A DNA stretch of 56,444 bases, counting the filler, from Squatina squatina (lineage: Eukaryota), in the NCBI GenBank assembly GCA_031763465.1. It is 3 parts of 3 records of this genome, joined end to end, with 100 filler letters (N's around TTAATTAATTAA, not from the genome) between each part and the next. Parts side by side here need not be neighbours in the genome. Positions count along the whole stretch, not along the records: positions 41,866 to 56,444 come from JARFOE010000194.1; 2 more parts are not named here. One strand, given 5' to 3'. Positions within the stretch are counted from its first letter, which is position 1; each line of letters opens with the position of its first letter. This document shows positions 48,367 through 56,444 of the stretch, one piece after another. Both the position numbers and the translations under genes were made by a program. The notes beneath the pieces are model-generated. The model had not been told where the DNA came from, ran no database searches, and saw nothing but the letters and a program-made list of their open reading frames with translations.

Positions 48367-49315
48367 CAGGAGGCAACTCGGCCTATAGTGCCTGTGAAAG
48401 AGCTATCCAATTAGTCCCAAGCCCCTGCTCTTCATCATTTTTTCCCTGCAAGTATTTATCCAATTCCCTTTTGAAAGTTACTAATGAATCTGCTTCCACT
48501 GTCCTTTCAGGCAGTGTATTCCAGATCAGAACAACATGCTGCGTAAAAAAAATCCTCATGTTCTTTTGCCAATCACCTTAAATCTGTGTCCTCTGGTTAC
48601 TGACATTTCTGCCACTTGAAACAATTTTTCCTTATTTGCTCTATTGAAACTGTTTATGGTTTTGAATAGCTCTATCAAATCTCCTCTTAACCTTCTCTGC
48701 TTTAATATGTCAGCTGTGGCTCAATGGGTAGCACACTTGTTTCTGCTATTTGAAGGTTGTGGGTTCAAGTCCCACTCCAGAGACCTGAGTGTATAAATCT
48801 GGGCTGACACTCCAGTACAGCACTGAGTGAGTGCTGCCCTGTTGGAGTGTCCCATTTGTCAGATTGTCTTATCTGCTCTCTCAGATGTAAAAGATCCTGT
48901 GGCACTATTTCAGAGCGGGGGAGTTATCCCTGGTGTGCTTGCCAATATTTGTCCCTCAATCAACATAAGGAAAACAGATTGTTGGTGGCTGTGAACGGTG
49001 CTATATAAATGTAAGTCTATCTATCTTTAAGGAGAACAGCCAGTCTCTCCATGTAGTGAAGTCCCTCATCCCTGGTACCATTCTAATAAATCTCTTCTGC
49101 ACCTCTCTGAGGCCTGGAAATCCTTCCTAAAGTGCCTAGAATTGAACACAATACACCAGCTGAGGCCTAACCAGTGTTTTATAAAGGTTTAGCATTACTT
49201 CCTTGCTTTTGCCTCCATTGAAAAAGGAAGAACCCCATAAGATTTTTCAACAGCTTTCTCAGCTTGTCCTGAGCCTGCAAAGATTTGTGTACTCCCCCAG
49301 GTCTCTCTGTTCCTG
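48367..49315 (-). mobile_element. CR1-clade LINE 3' fragment interrupted by a SINE
   Basis: Reverse complement of the CR1 3' UTR and ORF2 end. The LINE sequence resumes after 49025. Confidence 0.8.
48706..49024 (+). mobile_element. SacSINE1/DeuSINE-like SINE nested in CR1
   Basis: A box TGGCTCAATGG, B box GGTTCAAGTCC, tail GCTATATAAATGTAAGTC. CTTTAA is duplicated at 48700-48705 and 49025-49030. Confidence 0.85.
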
Positions 49316-49639
49316 NNNNNNNNNNNNNNNNNNNNNNNNNNNNNNNNNNNNNNNNNNNNNNNNNNNNNNNNNNNNNNNNNNNNNNNNNNNNNNNNNNNNN
49401 NNNNNNNNNNNNNNNCCTGTTCAATCTCACCCACCCTACGCAACCAGGCTTACAGTCCTGGAAAAGGAGACCTAATTCCTGGTAAGGCACGGGGCTCTCG
49501 AGTCATTATAATTTGTTTTATTCAATTCTGGGGGGAAGTTTAGTTGTTCAGAGATGTGAATTGTGCTCTATGGTTAAGCTAAAAAGACTAATGGGGGTTT
49601 GAAAAGTCTGGAAAGCACTGTGCATAAGGAAGGAGCTGT

Positions 49640-49806
49640 TTACATGTCTGAGGGCTTTTGACGGCGACGGTAAAGCCGGCTGCTGCCTGCGTGAGGAGGA
49701 AAATGGCTGACAGGCTTCCCTTATCTGTACGTGTGAGGGGAAAGCGTCCGTTTTTGTGCAGAAAGCCTGCATTGGGTTGATGTGTCATTGGGCCCAATAC
49801 AAGGTG
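49640..49806 (+). other. Second candidate non-coding 5' exon of USP9X (start approximate)
   Basis: Local CpG cluster with AAAATGGCT and a GTG|GTGAGT donor at 49806/49807. Confidence 0.4.
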
Positions 49807-51666
49807 GTGAGTCTTTCCCCTCCCCATCCTTAAAAATGGGTCTTCATTTCTTTGAACGAACTGGAAATTGAATATTTCCCCTTTCCTCTCTTGGACTGTT
49901 AAACGCCATTTCTGAGGTGGAGTGATTTTTTTGATGGAAAATGTAGGCCTCAGCTACGCCTGAAACATTAGGCCTTGTCCATAATTACGTGTTAAAACAG
50001 TCATTTTACAACGGATGGTGTTAATGATTAGAATATATACTTTTTAGAAANNNNNNNNNNNNNNNNNNNNNNNNNNNNNNNNNNNNNNNNNNNNNNNNNN
50101 NNNNNNNNNNNNNNNNNNNNNNNNNNNNNNNNNNNNNNNNNNNNNNNNNNGGGTATGGTATCCCTGGCTGCAGACAGACTGTAATGGGCCCCAGTTTGTA
50201 AATTTGTTGAGTGAGAAGAATGTATTTCTATATGTGTGAAACCTAATTTGTTGAAATTGGTCTAAGATTGAAAAATTCAGAGGCTAGAAACAATATCTGA
50301 ACTTGCAGTAGCAGTTGTATAAGCAGAGTTTTGGAAAAAAGTTAAAAAGCTGTATAAATTGGGATGAACAGTTATGAGAACTTGTTTGGAATTAGTGCGC
50401 TGTACCATTTCAACTTTATTTAGTAATAGAATGACTTCAAATACAAAATAAAATTAAGCTCCCATCCACCTGTAACTGCACTTAACTACATAATCTTCAT
50501 ACATGGTGTGTCTTGGCATTTATGATGTCACTGGAGTGGAACTTTGTGATGTCAGAGCTGATGGAGTTCTTTGCAAAATGTCTGTTACTAGACTGCCTCT
50601 AATCAGCAGAATTAAAGTATAAAATAGAAGCAAGAGGCAACTGAAAAGTGGGTACAGATAACTTTTATAACTTTTAGGATTATGTAACATTTAGAAGAGT
50701 ACACTGAATAATTCAAGGTAATTGGCTGAATTTGTTGGTTAAAGACATTGAGTTCCTGTTAATGTGTGATGTCATAGCATAGATTATTTTTTGTTCTTAG
50801 TTTGAGTAGAAATTGCTTGCTACTGAAAGATTTCTGCATTCTGATAGTCTATCTAAAACATTTGGTGTTTGTTAAAGGATCTGCTTGGAATCTGAGGCTT
50901 TGCACCTGAAAGACTTCTGACTCCAGAAATACATCAATCTTTTTACAGCTTCCAATTCATTCTGAGGTNNNNNNNNNNNNNNNNNNNNNNNNNNNNNNNN
51001 NNNNNNNNNNNNNNNNNNNNNNNNNNNNNNNNNNNNNNNNNNNNNNNNNNNNNNNNNNNNNNNNNNNNACAATATTCACAAGCAACACAAGGCAGCTTCT
51101 GGGAGGCACAAAATCTGCTTGCTGCTAAGATGGCATTCACATAGAAAATATGGTCTGATAACAGAGCCTGCCACTACAAAAGACGCAGCAAAGGTCACCT
51201 ATTCCCCTGACAAGTAGAGAACAGACTTGCAGCCCAGAGCAGAATGTCTGTGCTCTTGTTACGTATCCACGATGCATCACCAGTACTGGGCGGCAGCACA
51301 GGCAGCTAGCCTAATCCTTTACACTGTGCGTTCGTTTGGCAAGCAAGCCTAGGAAAAGCAAGCTGAGAGGGGTTTAAGTTTTAGCATCTGCTCACTTTCT
51401 GAGCTGATTCCTGCTGCTTAAACCAATTGCCTTTCCTTAATTGTTGGATACAGAAACTTTATACATTTCTGGTGGAAAATAGTCTTCAATTAAAGCCAAT
51501 TTTTTCCACGGGTCACTGCAACTGTTTGTTGGCAAGCCTGCAACCTTTTAACATTTTGGGGGGAAATGCAGATTCTGGAAATCCACCAGGTTTCTTGCAG
51601 AAAGTTAAAAAAAAATTCCAAGATTTTTCAGTGAGAATAAAGAGTTAAAAAAGTGTGTGCGTAGGC

Positions 51667-52034
51667 ATAGCGCCTTTCACAACCTCAAGACTTCCCAAAG
51701 CACCTTACAGCCAATGAATTACTTCGAAGTGCAGTCACTCTTTCTAATGTAGCAAACATGACAGACAATTTGTGCACAGCAAGGTCTCACAAGCATAAGA
51801 GATGATGATCAGATTATTTTTCTTTTGTGATGTTGTTTGAGGGATAAATATTCGCCAGGACACTGGGGTGAGCTCCACTGTACTTCATCTTATCCAAAAG
51901 CCAGCACCTCTGACAGTGCAGCACCCGCTCAATATTGCACTGAAGTGTCAGCCTAGATTATGTGCTCAAGTCTCTGGGATAGGACTTGGAACATTCCAAC
52001 TCTAAGGCGATAGTGCTACCACTGAGCTAAGGCT
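51667..52034 (-). mobile_element. SacSINE1/DeuSINE-like SINE
   Basis: Reverse complement of the 7401-7824 family, including the head (GGACTTGGAAC...GTGCTACCACTGAGC). Confidence 0.8.
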
Positions 52035-52581
52035 AATGCTAAATGTTGATTCTGCATTGATATGTACAGTGTGAAAGTTGATTTATGGTCTGCACTATGA
52101 AAAAAAAAATTGTCTACTGGATGTCAATATCCAACCTTTTTATGGGGCTGGTTTTTTATCGAGAAACTTTAGGAAGGACCAGTGTAGAACCTTGTCAAAA
52201 TATTTAGCATCAATTAGATCACCAGAGCATTTTATTTTCAACATGTTGATCACTGTTCATGCAGTAATACTGATTTATTTTTCTGTATCTAGGTGCACCT
52301 TTTACCTTTATTAATGTACTGTAGAATATGAGCGCATTAAACAATGAATGGAAATAAAGGGGACTTGAAAAGGAGGTATCCAACAAATGAGCAAGTATAG
52401 GAAAAATAAATTTTCTTAGATGATGGGATCAGAATTTTGGAATGCAATTTTTTAATTTGGATTTGATATTCAATTAAAATGATGCGTCATTGGCAATGGG
52501 TTTCAGCATAGACCATGTAACTTGCGGGTTACAATAAAATAAAATTGACTCAACATTGAATGTGCTTTTTCTTTACAACAG

Positions 52582-52727
52582 ACCTCTTCTCCCAATACAT
52601 CAAGCGAGAACTCACCAGTGAGCCCTCCTGATGAACAAGGTCAGGGTGATGCTCCTCCTCAACTTGAGGAGGAGGAGCCTGCATTTCCTCATACTGATTT
52701 GGCAAAGCTGGATGATATGATTAATAG
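52582..52727 (+). CDS. USP9X: Ubiquitin-specific peptidase 9 coding exon (equivalent to human USP9X exon 3)
   Basis: [49 protein letters not shown]. 146 nt, CAG acceptor, GTGAGT donor. Confidence 0.95.
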
Positions 52728-52813
52728 GTGAGTGCGACCAGACTAAAAAATTAAACAAATTAATCGTTTGTATTCATGTACGTTATTTTCATTTTTCTAT
52801 TTGCTTTCTTCAG

Positions 52814-52893
52814 ACCTCGTTGGGTAGTTCCAGTGTTGCCTAAAGGTGAATTAGAAGTTCTACTAGAAGCTGCTATTGATCTTAGTAAAAAAA
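52814..52893 (+). CDS. USP9X: USP9 coding exon (equivalent to exon 4)
   Basis: [26 protein letters not shown]. 80 nt, CAG acceptor, GTAAGT donor, preceded by an 86-nt intron. Confidence 0.95.
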
Positions 52894-55148
52894 GTAAGTT
52901 TTCAAAACCCTGTTCAGTATGTTGGAAGAATGAGCGCTTTGGATTTTAGAATGCCAACAGGTTGACTTGTTGAAATATTTGGTTTACATTTCAAGGATTA
53001 AGGAAACTACTTCTCAATATTTTAATTGTATGGGGTAAAACGGCCCTTTTGATTTGGAGAAATAGGGTTATTCAGAGAGTTATCTAGTCGTGCTTTTCTT
53101 TTCGGTTAGTTGCCATTGGTGCCTATTGATGCCTGATCTAAAATGTTGAGGCACATTCAGTGGAAGCTGAGAGCGATAGACACACACACATTTTTCAAGG
53201 GAAGATTTAAAAAAAAAACTCTCCTACCCATAAGTACTGTGATGTAGACAATGGCCCTGAATTTGCGGTCGGAGGCTTCCCGCGGGGAAATGCCTCGGGT
53301 CTGCAAATAAAATNNNNNNNNNNNNNNNNNNNNNNNNNNNNNNNNNNNNNNNNNNNNNNNNNNNNNNNNNNNNNNNNNNNNNNNNNNNNNNNNNNNNNNN
53401 NNNNNNNNNNNNNNNNNNNNNNNNNNNNNNNNNNNNNNNNNNNNNNNNNNNNNNNNNNNNNNNNNNNNNNNNNNNNNNNNNNNNNNNNNNNNNNNNNNNN
53501 NNNNNNNNNNNNNNNNNNNNNNNNNNNNNNNNNNNNNNNNNNNNNNNNNNNNNNNNNNNNNNNNNNNNNNNNNNNNNNNNNNNNNNNNNNNNNNNNNNNN
53601 NNNNNNNNNNNNNNNNNNNNNNNNNNNNNNNNNNNNNNNNNNNNNNNNNNNNNNNNNNNNNNNNNNNNNNNNNNNNNNNNNNNNNNNNNNNNNNNNNNNN
53701 NNNNNNNNNNNNNNNNNNNNNNNNNNNNNNNNNNNNNNNNNNNNNNNNNNNNNNNNNNNNNNNNNNNNNNNNNNNNNNNNNNNNNNNNNNNNNNNNNNNN
53801 NNNNNNNNNNNNNNNNNNNNNNNNNNNNNNNNNNNNNNNNNNNNNNNNNNNNNNNNNNNNNNNNNNNNNNNNNNNNNNNNNNNNNNNNNNNNNNNNNNNN
53901 NNNNNNNNNNNNNNNNNNNNNNNNACCTGAAAAAGTTTATTCCTACTCTCTGTTTTCTGTCTGTAACTAATTCTCAATCCATGCCTGTATATTACCCCCA
54001 ATTCCATGTGCTCTAACTTTGTTCACCAGTCATGGTACCTGAAAAGTTTAATTTGAAGAAAGCAATTTGGTCGGAGGAATTTTTACATTTAAGGGTGTCA
54101 CAGTTTAGATGAGTTAATTAAATCGTTAAATCTATCCCAACTTGAAAATTCTTATAAATCTTCATTGTCTTGAAAAGTAAGTTCTCTGTAAAATACTGCA
54201 GTTGAGGGCATTGTATTTCTGTTTTCTACAAAAATGTTGTGAAAGTAATGTATGGGAAATGCAGCAGGTAGTTTAATTACAGTGAAACTTGTTTCTAAGT
54301 CCTTAAATATTGTTGGGAGAATTAATCATTCAGTCATGCAGCTGTATCAAGAGACCACCTGTTCATAAATGATCAATTGAACTTTGTTCCAAATGTCCTA
54401 AAGGTGCTTATAAACTAATTTTCTTAGTACTTCATTAAGAAATTATTGGGATAATAGTACAATTACCCAGCAGTTTTCAAGTGCCTTTTTGTATAATCCA
54501 GGTATCCCAGATACACCCCAGTATCTTATTAATATTGTTCAGTGACATTGTGTAATTACATAGCTTCCTCATACGATGCAGTGCAAAATATAGTCCTAAA
54601 ATCTAGATCCTAAAATGATAGATGAGTGCGACATTGTTTTGTCAAAGATTTTTTTGATTATAAAAGTAAATGTCTGTAGCTTCCTTTATTGCTACTGCAC
54701 GTCCAAAGCCCTAATTCATAAAAGTTCGTAAACATCAGAAATGAAAGAATTTAAAAATCTGAGCCTCGTGTCCCAAGACTTAATCCCTTGAACAATTTAT
54801 CCAGCTGGTCCCAATTCGACCAAGAAGTCTGTGGCATTGACTCAGTTTTGAAAGTGTTGGGTGATGCCGATTTTGAAGCCGAGTTGCAAGTCCAAATCTT
54901 GTACAATCAAACTCTATTAGGATTTCAGTGAGAAGGGTGCATCTTCAAATAACTTTTTTTTCCAGTCGTGTGCTGGCCTATGTAACATTTTCAAATTTGT
55001 ATGTGTATAATCACACAAATAATTGGAGTTGTGTATGTATGTATTACAGTTTCAGCTTTTCTGATTTATTTGTAGAATTTCATATCGAAACAAGTATAGC
55101 CATGTTCACAGTAGTTTTGATCAGATGTAATTCTTGTTTCATTTCAAG

Positions 55149-55261
55149 GCCTTGATATTAAAAGTGAAGCATGTCAACGCTTTTTCCGTGATGGGCTCAC
55201 AATTTCCTTTACAAAAATTCTTACCGATGAGGCTGTGAGTGGTTGGAAATTTGAGATTCAT
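55149..55261 (+). CDS. USP9X: USP9 coding exon (equivalent to exon 5)
   Basis: (S)[37 protein letters not shown]. 113 nt, AAG acceptor, GTAAGT donor. The gene continues beyond the window. Confidence 0.95.
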
Positions 55262-55659
55262 GTAAGTTTTTTTGCTTATGGTGAAATGTTACATTGGAAA
55301 TTCATGAAGCGTGTATTTTAGTAAAAATTATTTGAGTAAATTGAGAAGTATCAGTTTCTCACTTTACGCTAACTTACATGATAATTCCGTGAAAGCTGCC
55401 TTTTTAAATATCTATGCAGCATTGCCACAAGGTTTTTCTTCACCTTCACATGCAAATTAATAACACCTGATATCTTATTTCTTTAAAAGATGGCCACCCG
55501 TACAGGAGCTGTCACAGATTCTTTCTCTGTTCCCATAAAGGCTTCATTCTAAACAGAATTATTTGCTGTGCTGGATAGCATTTTCCACTTGGTGTTCAGA
55601 GAAAGTTCTAGTCTGCATAATTGGTGGCTTAGTTTACAGAAGTGTGAGGCAATTCATTT

Positions 55660-55911
55660 TGAGAGAATAAACAAAGAATGGGAGTTTAAACTTAATAGCA
55701 AGACACTGAATGGTGTGCTGGACCAGTGATGTAGAGATGCAGATACACAGTTCTTTAAAAGTGTGAGTGCAGGTTGGTCAAATGTAAAAAATATATAATT
55801 TTGTTCTTCATAAGGGCAAACTGTACAAGTACAGATAGGTTATGATAAATTTATACAAGGCACAGTTAGTCATGTATGCAGTTTTGGGTACCACGTTATA
55901 GAAAGAACATG
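55660..55911 (+). mobile_element. Degraded CR1 LINE fragment
   Basis: AAGTGTGAGG...CATTTTG and TATGCAGTTTTGGGTACCACGTTATAGAAAG, similar to 33684-33979. Confidence 0.6.
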
Positions 55912-56444
55912 AAAAAACATAATCTGACATATTTGGGCTCAATTTCTCCTTGATTGAACTTCTAAAGGATTCTTAATGATTTCCTTGGTGACGAAGTAGA
56001 AAGCTGTCTGATTCCAGCATTGCAGTCAAGGAAGAGAAGAGCTCAGAAGGAAAATAGCATAGGTGTTGATGCAACCAGGCAGTGATTACAAATCTGTTAA
56101 TGTGAATCATATCTGGGAATTCATCTCACTGGGGATGTGGATAGAAGTAGGGTGTTGGGGAAAGTTATGCTCGTCAGTTCCTGGGCTTCCACCAAGTTTC
56201 AGTAGAGTGAGTTTCTTGGAAGAAAATGATGCTCATACCAATGGTTTATCAAGTGGTTGTAGAATACAAGAGTGCAAAAACTGATGTTTGAGACCACATT
56301 GAAAGTACTTGAGACTCATTTATAGTGAAACTTCCTGTACAAGGGGCCTGCACTTGGCCTGATGTGAACATCCAGGTATTTCATCGAAGACCTTGTCATA
56401 GTTACAGCCTTTCTGAGATTGCAGCACTTTCACGTTCAGCCTTT

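Overview
Fragmented vertebrate genomic DNA, most likely a cartilaginous fish (inferred from the SINE, CR1, L2, Penelope and Harbinger-type repeats). It has many unsized 100-N gaps. Two synthetic spacers (44 N + TTAATTAATTAA + 44 N at 21410-21509 and 41766-41865) show the window is three unrelated scaffolds joined together. Scaffold 1 (1-21409, minus strand) has neurogranin (NRGN) exons 1-2 and, upstream, a 706-nt acidic coding exon with four (V/H)(D/N)IC(G/A)TEL repeats. That exon is probably SPA17 by synteny, and its phase is compatible with splicing into the NRGN IQ exon. Scaffold 2 (21510-41765, plus strand) has a complete 273-aa SPSB4 CDS in two exons plus UTRs. Scaffold 3 (41866-56444) has MED14 exons (minus) head-to-head with USP9X exons (plus). 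Most interesting signals: a candidate stop-containing (poison) cassette exon in MED14 bracketed by a 24/25-bp complementary pair, a U12-type MED14 intron with an atypical donor, minimal hammerhead ribozyme motifs in Penelope-like repeats, and the possible SPA17-NRGN shared exon. All homology calls are from memory, not database searches, and repeat boundaries are approximate.
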